Source of the DNA: Anolis carolinensis
Lineage: Eukaryota
NCBI RefSeq assembly: GCF_035594765.1
Contig: NC_085842.1
Span: 305,769,749 to 305,833,748 of the forward strand
Direction of reading: 5' to 3'
Length of the DNA stretch: 64,000 nucleotides
The translations under genes were made by a program, and so were the position numbers. The notes under the pieces were generated by a model. That model saw only the letters and a list, made by a program, of their open reading frames with translations. It was not told the DNA's origin and ran no database searches. Shown piece after piece: positions 13,606 to 25,044 of this stretch; positions within the stretch are counted from its first letter, which is position 1, and each line of letters begins with the position of its first letter.

Positions 13606-13879
13606 TTTTTTTAATGTGTCAGAAGCGACTTGAGAACATACTGCAAGTCGCTTCTGGTGTGAGAGAATTGGCCATCTACAGACGTTGCCCAGGGGACGCC
13701 CGGATGTATTACCATCCTGCTGGGAAGCTTCTCTCATGTCCCCACAAGCTAGAGTTGGCAGACAGGAGCTCACCATGTCTCATGGATTCAAACTGGCAAC
13801 CTTGAAGTCAGCAATCCAGCCTTCAGATTAGCAGTTCAGCTGGCACACAGGTTTAACCCATTGCGCTACCATGGATCCT
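13606..13879 (-). mobile_element. tRNA SINE with Vingi-type tail
   Basis: TSD attccactgct on both sides; minus-strand tail gcttctgacac. Confidence 0.85.
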
Positions 13880-16800
13880 ATTCCACTGCTGATGGTGTAG
13901 CACATAAGGAAAACATGACAAGGGACCATCATAATCTAGAACACCACCTGCTTTCTGATTTTAAAGTATTTTATAATGCTAGAATGATGCTGTGTTGGTG
14001 TTTGTTTTGCTGGTATTTTTTAAGTTCAGTTCTTGTCAGCTATCCAGAGAACGTTGAAAACATTGCTACTGTTGAAAAATTCTAGCAGTTGAAGTCCTAT
14101 ATGCTGAAGCCATTTATGAACAGTTGGCTATGAATGGTTTCCATCTGCTACAATATTCATTCTTCAAAATAGTAACTTCCCATGCTGCATGTCACAATGG
14201 GTTTCAGTCATCAGCATTTCCAACCAATTCTTTAAATGTACTATAGGATGGTTTTGTAGGAATTTGGCATTCTAAATCCTAAAAAGATCTCATTTGCTCA
14301 GTCACAGTTTTTTCACAATGGGCTTTGGCAGTTTTATGGTGTAATATGTGACTGAATGAAAGTAGTATTCAAAATAGTAATGATATTTGTGAAAGAACTG
14401 TGTGTGGTATGATATTTGTCTTGTTTTTTAAAAAAAGTATCGCAAGACACATTAAAAAGAACTACAATAATTTAAAAAGTCTTTTCATTGCAGACCTGCT
14501 TTTAATGCTGGGTCATACCTTCTGCATTTAGGTGTGAGTGCCTGTTGGCTTTAGTGAGGGAATAATTTGTTGATATTCTTCAGTAATTGTTTACCTTTCC
14601 TAAAAAGTTGACCTCAGCCTTGTCAAGGAGGTCAAGAATGATTAAGCACAAACTCACCTCAGGTCCTTTGAGTAACTAATAGACAGCAGAGATCTGTGAA
14701 AGAGCTCACTTCCTTCATCTTGAACCTCTTGTAACAAAATAGGTGTCTTCAAGGAGTTTCTGACATATGGCAACCCTAATGTGAGTGGAGTTTTATTGGC
14801 AAGATTCATTCAGAGGGAGTTTGCCATTCCCTTCCTCTGAGGCTGAAAGAGTGTGATTTGTCCAAGGTCATTTAGTGGGCTTACATGACCCAGGAGGAAT
14901 TTTAACTCAAAATCTTATGTCAACACCCAAATCACTATAGTAGCTGGCTCTAAAGGCACTGGATTTTTTTTACCACAGCTCGCAGAATCTGTCTTTCAGC
15001 ATAGATACTGGATACATTGGTAGGTGTATGCTAGCAGCTGAAGTCCAAAAGAGAAAATAAAAAACAACAATGCTCTGGTTGAATTAAAGGTTCATCTCTC
15101 CTATCTCTCCAAGAGCAGCCAGATCTCCCAACATTGTCTTGAAACCAGACATGTTCTCTCATCCTTTGATGCCTAGGTGTATGGAAATGTAAAGATTCTA
15201 TATCATATTATATTGTGTAGAGTAAATCTCTGCATTACACACTGGTTGTCTTATGCAGGTCTTCTTTTGAATGGCAACATCATGGAAATGAACATGGAGC
15301 TCTATGCATCACTGAATGTATTGTGTAATACCCAACTGAATATACAAGCAAAAGCGTGTCTATTACATACATAATTCCACTCCATAAATTTTTAAATTTA
15401 ATATGGTCATTTTGCATTGGGAAAATTTTTTCCAGCTTTCCATAGGGAAATTCACAAAAGTGAAAGATGGCGGCAGGATTCCAGCTCATAACTTTATTTA
15501 GCTCTAATGACCAGCGGGAATATATAAATCTCCTCCACCAAAATGTTTCAGCACGAAGAACTCCTGTTCAGAGCTTCTCGGTAATGCTATCATCTAGGAC
15601 TGAGTTGTTAACTCATTGAACTCATTGAGTCAGGATGAGTCCCTAACTAATCATGTCACAATAATGCCAACAACACATTTGTGCACATAAACAAAGATAA
15701 TTGCGGAAGCTGTTTGGCGTCATAAAAAACACAAGGAACAGTCTGCAATGCAAAGCTAAAACAAACAAATGTTTCTGTACCCTGAATAGCTTTTGATGAA
15801 GGCATGTGACACAATTCTCCTAAAGTATTATAAATGAAAATATACAGTGCAGCTGTACAGCATTCAGTTTCCCTTTAAACAATTCTGGGCAGGATTGCCT
15901 TGCTCAGCTCTCTAGCTCATGTCTAAAAATGCTCCCAGATTGCATCTGTATTGTTTATCTGCTTGACGTTTCAAGTGAACGTTAAGGCTGCCTCCATCAA
16001 GGAAGAGAGAGTCTTCGTACCAGGAAACGTACCATTTAAATCTACTTTAGAAAAATCTGTGCCAGATTATTTCTGCCCAGGGCGACAGAACTTCTAATAT
16101 TTCTTTGACTATTGGAGCACTTTTTAGGATGTAACTCATGCTCTTTTAATGGATTTGGCTATCCATTCTTTACAAAAGGAGATAAAACAAGATCAGATTC
16201 ACATCTTTTATGTGTTAGTGTTATGATTACCAATTGCAAAAGATTCCGTTGCTTTGTATCACATCATATAACTTGGAGAGGCCTGCTGCTGAAGAAAGCA
16301 TTTTCATTCTGAAAACAGGAATTTACAGCATACTTCACTATGAGGCGTATTTCCAGTAATCCATCTGGATACAAGGCATCTGCTTGGCTTCTTTATTTAT
16401 CAAAACACTTGCAGATATGAGGCCTTTGAAAAGGAAACAAAAGCAAGTGGAATGGCCAATTGTAAGCTGCTTTGGGTTGAAAACTGGAATATAAATCAAA
16501 CAGAGTCCAGTAATGGCTTGATACAAAGATGATGATGATGGAGGTAGCACTTAACTCCAATATAGTTATATATTACTATCTCTATTACCCTAATATATTA
16601 TATTTACTACCACATTTTAATTTTTGTACCATGTATTTAATATATATGTTTTATGGCATGTATTTTATTTTGATGTGTTTTTAACTGGATTATACCCTGC
16701 TTTGAACTGTGAAGAGAGGCAGGTAAATAACAACAACAACAATAGCCCAGTTCTCAAACCATCACAACATGCTTACCAGATTTCCCTTCATTGTTCAGAA

Positions 16801-17256
16801 CCTTGGACAGCTGCACTAAACCTTGGAATGGATTCATTGTCCCACTGATATAGGAGTCAGTACTTACTACTAAGGGTATCCATTGGATCTGTTGATTGTG
16901 GGAATAAACAACTCTGTTTTCTCCCTGCTTTTCCAACATTTGGGCAGGACTTTAGATCCAGGAGAGCTTCTGTACAACTCAGAACTACTACAGATAGAAC
17001 CCAAATAGAATCATAGAGTTGGAAGAGACCTCACGGGCCATTCTTTTCTGGTACCTCTTGAGAAATGATGCATGTGTTATATGTACTCCATGGCAACCTT
17101 CTCCTGTGGTTTTCTTGGTAAGATTTCTTCAAACAAGGTTTTCTGTAAGGCTGAGACAGGTTGTGTTGTCTAAAATTGCCCAGCGGGTTTGTGTCTGAGT
17201 GGGAACTCAAACCTTGGTATCTCTGTGTTGTAGTTCAAAACTCAAACTACTTAGAT

Positions 17257-17391
17257 CAGTGGTTCCCAACCTTTGGGCCTCCAGGTGTTTTGGACCTGAA
17301 CTCCCAGAAATCCCATCCAGCTTACCAGCTGTTAGGAACTGTGGGAGCTGAAGTCCAAAACATCTGGAGGCCCAAAGGTTGGGAACCACTG
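17257..17391. mobile_element. hAT MITE
   Basis: TIR cagtggttcccaacctttgggcctccag; 8-bp TSD acttagat/acttagaa. Confidence 0.9.
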
Positions 17392-17896
17392 ACTTAGAAC
17401 ATGCTGGCCTTACATGACACTCCTCCCCCTCTTTTTTCCACTCATGCTTCCTTATTTGCTTCAGCTTATAAGTCCAACGTGTGGAGGTGGCCTTCATATT
17501 TTATTACTTCCTAAATCTAAATTGAATGTACAGTACCTCCAAACAGTCTTCGAAATGCAGATTTAACTACATTCTACTAAACAACATTACTGTCTATCAA
17601 AACATGCAGGAGCTTTGTACACATTTGGTTGTGCATTTAGATATATCTACTAAGCAATGCAATGCATGTGGAGTGAGTCTGTACTTGTAGAAATTGTTCA
17701 AATTGTCCTTCATCATTGGCTATGCTGGTAGCTGCTGATGAGAGTTGTGATATAACAGATACGTGTTCCCCAGCCTTGCTTTAAACTTTGAGGAAGCATT
17801 TTATGTTGTATTTTAATCGTTTAGTCTTAAGGAATCTACTATTCATTGTCAGTTTAGTCAACCATCAAAAAGATATTAGACTGTACTTTCTCAGCA

Positions 17897-17939
<43 letters not shown>

Positions 17940-18000
17940 CTTTATTTATACCCCGCCACCATCTTCCCACGGGGATTCGGGGTGGTTTACATGGGCAAAA
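17897..18000 (-). mobile_element. L2-type 3' tail with (TAA)n
   Basis: Reverse of the L2 terminal stem-loop plus microsatellite tail. Confidence 0.65.
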
Positions 18001-18099
18001 GCCCAAACAATATAACTGAACAAAATAAACAACAACATAAACACAATTCACAGTATAAAAAGATAAAATCAGGAATACAATGCAAAATGAGAATATTAA

Positions 18100-18416
18100 A
18101 GGGCAGATTTCATGAGGTCAGAAGTCCTGACTTCCGGGCAGGCTCCAGCCTGTATAGCAAATATTGAAGAATAAGGATCACTCTTTGCTCATTCCTGGTT
18201 TAAAACATGGAGAGGAGAGGGCTTCACCAAGTAGGTTACCTGTGATGTCCACAAGAGTACAGAGCATGTGTCACTGCAGTAAAAAGCGCACAAAAAATGG
18301 AACATCAAAGGGAGGGAGCAAAGCCCTGTTGACTTTAGTTAACTCCTTTTGTTTGAAGGTGTTGAAGATTAAGCCTGCCCGGAAGCAAGGACTTCTGACC
18401 TCATGAAATCTGCCCT
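18100..18416. mobile_element. TTAA-flanked MITE with AGGG termini (Kolobok/T2-like)
   Basis: 45-bp TIRs, 43/45 identical (18100-18144 and 18372-18416); TTAA at 18096-18099 and 18417-18420. Confidence 0.75.
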
Positions 18417-18656
18417 TTAACCTCTACTGGGGATTCACTTGTAAGGGAAAAAAGAACATGGACTGTGAGTTCTCAAATGCAACCTTTCCTATACTGTTAC
18501 CAAATGTTTCATTTATTTACTTAATCAGAGTTTGGTAAAGTTATGTTTCTGGACAGCTGCTCATACCGATGGAGGAAATCTGGAAGGTGCAATCCAAAAC
18601 ATAATAGGAAAGCTTTGTACTGTCATCTTTCATTAAATGGTACAAAGCTCATTTAA

Positions 18657-18712
<56 letters not shown>

Positions 18713-19600
18713 TATTAAAAGCATGACAGACTTCAATAACAACAACCAAAGATGAAAATGCTAGCCAACTGCGCCACTCCTATTCAAGAATTGATTTAAA
18801 ATGTGTTCCTGAGATTGAACTGACACTGAAAACTGGCTCCGATTCCCTGGTTTGAATTAAGATGTGGCTGCCCAACCATGAAGCTCATCGTTGGCCTTGG
18901 ATGAGTCACTATCTTTCAGCCTAACCTTCCTCAGGGCCAAAAAGAGGCATGCACAATTTGGGTTATGTCAAGTCTCCAGTCTACAAGGTTTGACTCTAGG
19001 CAGCCAGGTTGTAGGACTTAGGGGAAGATGGGTGAAGGAGTCAAGAGAAGGTGAGGTTGGGTTTCACAGAAGGCCAAGGAGCCAGAAACAGGTGCACACT
19101 ATACGTCAGGAAGGAGAGGGTGACAGAAACACAGAGGTCACCTTGACCAACTTCCCCCTCAATGCAGGAATCTTGCAGCTGCTTCAGTAGCAATAATAGT
19201 CCCAACACATAGTCATCCATGGTATACATAAATACATCCAGCAAAGGAGAGCCCACTACTCTCAAGTCAGCCTATTTCACTGTCAAATAGTTTGTAGAAT
19301 TTGGAAGTTTTCCCCTGATGTTTATCCCAAATAATCTTCTAATAATAGCTCAGAAATGATGGGAGGCAATACACTCAGTTTATTCATGAACCATGAATTA
19401 CTATGTGTTTCCTTGCAGTATCGTATCTGTTTTATAGGCTTCCAGATGCTGGAGATGAAAAAAGTGGGAAGCCTTGCCTCTGTTTATGTACTGTCTGTCT
19501 TTGTTGTTAATTGTGTAATGGCAATGAATATTTGCCATGTATGTTTCTGTAATCCACTCTGAGTCCCCCCGGGGAGATAGAGAGGAAAATAAATAAAGCA

Positions 19601-19649
<49 letters not shown>

Positions 19650-19654
19650 TTATT

Positions 19655-19784
19655 ATGACACAGCAAACAAGATAGATATGCCGGATTTCGTATCACAAAA
19701 TCACAAGTCAAACACTTCCCAAGTGTCTAGGACTCTGTGATGTATTTTCGGATGATGCGTGCAGATCCCAGTAGCCTTTTGCAG

Positions 19785-19787
<3 letters not shown>
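19655..19787 (-). mobile_element. R4/Dong-clade non-LTR retrotransposon 3' fragment in (TTA)n
   Basis: Same 3' sequence as 41994-42408; (TTA)n on both sides. Confidence 0.8.
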
Positions 19788-19840
<53 letters not shown>

Positions 19841-20073
19841 GTATAACTTTGCTAAGCACTGGGGAAAAGAGAAGCTGTTGCTGATTTTCTAGCACTTAGA
19901 TCCTCCACCAATATACAGAAAGTTAAATCTGGAAATACCTGTTGCTTTTTTCTGCTTAGGATTTCAACAAAGACCCACCAAACTATCTGTTACTTGTTTT
20001 CTCAGTCAAAACACAGTCCTGATAACAGTGACAGGTATTTAACAAAATCAGGTTTCCAGGAAGGTCTCTAGGG

Positions 20074-20237
20074 CAGGCATGGGCAAACTTGGGCCCTCCA
20101 GGTGTTTTGGACTTCGACTCCCACCATTCCTAACAGCTTAAGTGGCTGAGGGGGAAAAGGAAGGGGCCTGATGCTGTTAGGAATGATGGGAGCCGAAGTC
20201 CAAAAACACCTGGAGGGCCCAAGTTTGCCCATGCCTG
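20074..20237. mobile_element. hAT MITE
   Basis: TIR caggcatgggcaaactt; TSD ctctaggg/ctcttggg. Confidence 0.9.
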
Positions 20238-21171
20238 CTCTTGGGGGATACATTTAGCCCTTTTCTTTCTGTTTCCTGCTTCCCACCAGGAAAAGGGAGA
20301 TCTCTGCAAAGAAGTGCAATTGCCTGAGCTTTTGAACAAGGATCCTCTGTTCACATGGGTCCTTTGGTCAGGTATTTTTCAAAGAAGCATCAGCCTCAGT
20401 CTCTCGCAGCATAAAAAGGAGGAAGGGAAGAGGAGGAAAAGGATGTCTGTCCATGGGCAGCACTTTTAGGTATTGTAACTCTCTGACAGGTCCCAGGGAG
20501 ATGTGATTGATGACTTTTCCCCCTTTTCTCCAAAAGAAAAACCAAGCAGGATTTGCAGAGCTGTTGTCCAAAAGAATTAACACGTTCGTTTTTTTTCTTT
20601 GAACAGACACCACATCCCACACCAAGGGATGCAGTGCTTTCTGAGCAGCAGTGCTTTCAACAGGTCTTTTTTCCCAGGAGCAGGCAGTCGCTCAGTTGTC
20701 CAAGTGAGTCCTACAGCTCCTCTCCCCGCTTTCTTTCTAATCCAAGCCTGGCTTCCTCAGCTTGTCCCTCTCCCACCTCTGCCTCCCCCAGTTCCAGCTT
20801 CGGGGGTTCATCTGTCAGAGTAATGGCAGCGCAGCAATAGTTGGATGGAATCAGTGGAATGCAGAACGAAGTGACATCCAAACACTACCAATACACAAAT
20901 CCCACATTAACATCATCTCCCCCTTGTCTTCCCTCCCTTTTCTTGGCACCCAGGACACCTTCCTTGGGCTCTTTTGCTCACCCACCTCCAGGTTCTGGGT
21001 GCCCTTCCTCTCTCGCACAACTTACTAGAGTCCTCCCCTTCACCATCAAGGAATATCTGCCACTCTGGGATCAGAGTGAAGAAGGACGGGGCCAGGAAGA
21101 CATCATACCAACCTCAGAGCCAGGAAGATAGTTCCCTCTTGTCTCCTGTGCCATAGCAACATGCTATGCTA

Positions 21172-21216
<45 letters not shown>

Positions 21217-21383
21217 TTTATAATAATTCATAAATATATAATATATTGTATATACATATAATATTGATTATAATATTATAATGGAATACAATATTATACT
21301 ACGAATAATACAATATAATAATATTAATTACATATTATATATTAAATGTAACATTACTAATAATATTACCATATAATGATATA

Positions 21384-21703
21384 CAGTAGAGTCTCATTTA
21401 TCCAACACTCACTTATCCAATGTTCTTGATTATCCAACACATTTTTGTAGTCAATGTTTTCAATACATCGTGATATTTTGGTGCTAAATTCATAAATACA
21501 GTAATTACTACGTAGCATTACTGCATATTGAACTACTTTTTCTGTCAAATTTGTTGTATAACATGATGTTTTGTTGCTTAATTTGTAAAATCATAACCTA
21601 ATTTGATGTTTAATAGGCTTCTCCTTTATCTCTCATTATCCAACATATTCGCTTATCCAACGTTCTGCCGGCCCGTTTGTGTTGGATAAGTGAGACTCTA
21701 CTG
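21384..21703. mobile_element. Tc1/mariner-type MITE
   Basis: TIR cagtagagtctca...tgagactctactg with TA TSD. Confidence 0.85.
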
Positions 21704-21788
21704 TAATACAACATAGTAATTTAATGCTTATATTGTGCTATGCTAATAATATATTGTATGTTCATTTTATTTGTAAGCCACTCTGAGT

Positions 21789-22216
21789 CTCCTGCCAACC
21801 TAGCAGTTCGAAAACATGCCAATGTGAATAGATCAATAGGTACAGTTCCGGCGGGAAGGTAACGGCGCTCCATGCAGTCATGCCGGCCACATGACCTTGG
21901 AGGTGTCTACGGACAATGCCGGCTCTTAGGCTTAGAAATGGAGATGAGCACCAACCCCTAGAGTCAGGCATTACTGGACTTAACATCAGGGGAAACCTTT
22001 ACCTTTACTACATATTCTAACTATCATAGACCAGCTCTGTCATTTTGCAGAATTATCACATCTACCGCTTTTTCTTTGCAGTGTAATTTACACACCTTCA
22101 GTATAAGAATTCAAAGCTCGTTAAGTCTTTAATCGTTAATGGAGATGAGCACCAACCCCCAGAGTCAGACATGACTGGACTTAATGTCAGGGGAAACCTT
22201 TACCTTTACCTTTTTA
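21789..22216 (+). mobile_element. Chimeric Sauria SINE + copied unique flank + second SINE tail, inserted in an L2 tail
   Basis: 21789-22139 is the reverse complement of 10603-10953. Flanking duplication ctgagtc at 21783-21789 and 22217-22223. Confidence 0.85.
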
Positions 22217-22299
22217 CTGAGTCCCCTTCGGGGTGAGAAGAGCGGGATATAAATGTAGTAAATTTAATAATAAATAATAAAGTGGGCCCTGAGACTTCA

Positions 22300-23220
22300 A
22301 GTCTCCCTGACTCGGAGGGTTGCAGTTCCTCTTCTCCCTCTCCCCGCCCGGCCTCTTGCCCCCGCTTCTTCCCACTGAAAGAAACCCCCCAATAAATCTC
22401 GTCCTCCCACCTCTTTCTGTTCCCTGGGCCCCAGGGCTGGGCGCAGGCCATTCCCAAACTTCTCCTTCACCTTCGCCTTGCAGCCTTGGGAGAGGCACAT
22501 ATTTTCCTGACCAGCAAGGGCAGAGGACGCCCGTCTTCCCTGGCCGCTTTTCCACGCATCTTTTCTTCCTTCTCTTCTTTCCTCTTCCTCTTCCTCTTCT
22601 CTCCCCCTTCCTCTCCTCCGTTGGGATTCTCTCTCGTTGCGCTTCTTCGCATCTGCCGCCGGCGGCTTGCTTTCTCTCTCTCTCTCTCTCTCTCCTTTGC
22701 TGCCTCAGTTCCCTCTGCTGCGACCGCAACAGCTGGGGAGACCCCTTCCCCGCCCCCTGGCCGCCCCCTCTCTCTCGCCTCCCTCCGGAGAAGCCCTTTC
22801 CCTCTGCGGAGTCACCTCTCGCTTGCCCACTCCCCCCCACACACAATCCCCGCCTCGCCTTGCCGCCTCCTCCTCGCCTCAACTGGGCCAGCAGCTCCCA
22901 GTCCCGCCGCACCGGCTCCCCGCCTTTCCCTCTCTCGCTTCCACGGCACGCGCGGCTTCCTCTTCCCCTTCCTCTTCCCCTTCCTCTTCCTCCGCCGCGT
23001 CCTCCCGATGGTGCCGCGCCCGCCCCGGTGGCCCTCGCGCCCTCCGCGCCTCCGCCTCCCGCTGGTGCTGGCGCTGCTGCTGGCCGCCCTGGGACACGCG
23101 TGGACCTACCGCGAGGAGCCCGAGCAGAGCGACAGGTGGGTCCCGGAAGCAGCAGCAGGGCCAGGGCCAGGGTCACGGGGGAAAGAAAGAGGGCGGGAGA
23201 GACAGGGTTGAGGACAGGCA
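22300..23220 (+). promoter_or_regulatory. CCBE1: CpG-rich promoter/5' UTR region of CCBE1
   Basis: The only strongly GC/CpG-rich stretch in the window. Contains GC boxes (ccccgcc), pyrimidine tracts and (CT)n, and overlaps the first coding exon. Confidence 0.8.
23008..23135 (+). CDS. CCBE1: CCBE1 (collagen- and calcium-binding EGF domain protein 1) coding exon 1, signal peptide
   Basis: MVPRPPRWPSRPPRLRLPLVLALLLAALGHAWTYREEPEQSD(R) matches the CCBE1 motif LGHxWTYREEP. Donor AG|gtggg at 23136, phase 2. Confidence 0.95.
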
Positions 23221-23262
23221 TGGGTAAGGAGCCCTGTCACCAAGGGGAAAGGAGAAAGTTTG

Positions 23263-23534
23263 TTTTTTTTTCTTGTCAGGAGCAACCGGAGTTGCTTCTG
23301 GAGTGAGAGAATTGGCCGTCTGCAAGGACGTTGCCCAAAGGACGCCCGGATAAACGTTTTTGATGTTTTACCATCCTTGTGGGAGGCTTCTCTCATGTCC
23401 CTGCATGGAGCTAAAACTGATAGAGGGAGCTCATCCACACTCTCCCCGGGTGGGACTCGAACCTGGCAGCTTTCACGTCAGCAACCCAACCTTCAAGTCA
23501 GGAGGCTTTTATCCCCTTGGCCATTGGAGGCTCC
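23263..23534 (-). mobile_element. tRNA SINE with Vingi-type tail (CCBE1 intron 1)
   Basis: Close homologue of 1416-1674 in reverse. Confidence 0.85.
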
Positions 23535-23606
23535 TAAGAAGAAAGTGGAAAACCAAGATAATAGCAACCAGACTGATTGATCATTGTATAGTAGAGGCTT
23601 TTTCTT

Positions 23607-23942
23607 GGGAGCTCCGGTGGCGAAGTGTGTTAAAGCACTGAGCTGCTGTACTTGCAGACCGAAAGGTCCCAGGTTCAAATCCCAGGAGCAGAGTGAACGC
23701 TCACTATTAGCTCCAGCTTCTGCCAACCTAGCAGTTCGAAAACATGCCAATGTGAGTAGATCAATAGGTACCGCTCTGGCTGGAAGGTAATGGCGCTCCA
23801 TGCAGTTATGCCGGCCACATGACCTGGAGATGTCTATGGACAACACTGGCTCTTCAGCTTAGAAATGGAGATGAGCACCAACCCCCAGAGTTGGTCACGA
23901 CTGGACTTAACGTCAGGGGAAACCTTTACCTTTACCTTTACC
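23607..23942 (+). mobile_element. Full-length Sauria SINE inserted in a CR1 3' fragment (about 23585-24080)
   Basis: tRNA head and (ACCTTT)n tail; 15-bp TSD tagaggctt(t/c)ttctt. The host ends in the CR1 terminus ctctatgattct. Confidence 0.9.
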
Positions 23943-24084
23943 TAGAGGCTTCTTCTTTGGAGACTTTTATGCAGAGACTAGATGGCCATCTGTGGGGGGT
24001 GCATTGAATGCAATTTTCCTGCTTCTTGGCAGGGGGTTGGACTGGATGATCGGTGAGGTCTCTTCCATCTCTATGATTCTAGAG

Positions 24085-24635
24085 AGAGAAAACGTGGAGG
24101 CAGTGACAGACTTCATATTTTTCTGCGTGAAGATGACTGCAGATACTGCAGCCAGGAAAGAAGACATTTCCTACTTGGAAGGAGAGCAAGGACCAATCTC
24201 CATAAAATAGTGAAGAGTAGACATCACACTAGCAAGGAAGGTCCGCATTGTTAAAGCAATGATATTCCCCGTAGTAAACCTATGGATGAGAGAGCTGGAC
24301 CATAAGGAAGGCTGAGCGAAGGAAGATAAATGCTTTTGAACTGTGGTGTTGGAGGAAAATTCTGAAAGTGCCTTGGACTGCAAGATCCAACCAGTCCATA
24401 CTCCAGGGAATAATGCCTGACTGCTCCCTGGAGGGAAGGATATTAAAAGGAAAGATTAAGTATTTTGGCCACATAATGAGATGACAGGAAAGGCTGGAGA
24501 AGAGAATGATGCTGGGAAAAATGGAAGGAAAAGAGAAGAGAGGCCAACCAAAGGCAAGATGGATGGATGGTATCCTTGAAATGACTGCCTTGACCTTGAA
24601 AGAGTTGGTGATGACGTTGGAAGTGACTGAATGAA
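24085..24635 (+). mobile_element. BovB/RTE LINE 3' fragment
   Basis: Encodes remnants SWTIRKAERRKINAFELWCWR and LKYFGH-like and GRRRGQP-like motifs of RTE/BovB ORF2. Confidence 0.85.
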
Positions 24636-24963
24636 TAAACAACATGGGCAAACTTTGGCCCTCCAGGTGTTTTAGAATTGTGTGAGTTGAAGTCCAAAAC
24701 ACCTGAAGGTTCGAAGTTTGCCCATATCTGGTTTAGGAGGAGATCCCAGTCTCCCTCCATCTCCCTTTCCTTCCCCTTAGGTAGCAACTATCTGAAAACA
24801 AGACAAAACAATTTGACAGCATATGTTTTGGTTGATTTTAAGTGCTGCTACACTTAATGTAGAAATAATGTAGTTTTGACACCATTTAAGGTGTGACAAG
24901 ATCCCTTTCTTTGCACCCAGCCCTGACTAACGCGGCAATGTCTTTGCTTTCCTTCTCTGGCAG

Positions 24964-25044
24964 GGAAGTGTGTTCAGAGAGCAAAGTGGCCACCACCAGA
25001 TACTCCTGTCTCAAGCCCAGTGGGGAGCTCGCCACCTGCTTCAG
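24964..25044 (+). CDS. CCBE1: CCBE1 coding exon 2 (81 nt)
   Basis: Pyrimidine tract and cag acceptor; (R)[26 protein letters not shown](R); donor AG|gtgagt. In phase with exon 1. I did not find exon 3 in the window. Confidence 0.95.

Noticed and set aside
15961-16010. Possible hammerhead (GAAACGTC on the minus strand)
   Set aside because: No CUGANGA core and no convincing stem II.
883-21156. Many 60-150 aa ORFs upstream of CCBE1
   Set aside because: No recognisable domains or exon structure; most overlap SINEs or MITEs or start at non-ATG codons.
22214-23306. Long overlapping ORFs of 335, 328, 241 and 196 aa
   Set aside because: Low-complexity products of GC-rich, stop-poor promoter DNA. 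Only 23008-23135 matches a real protein.
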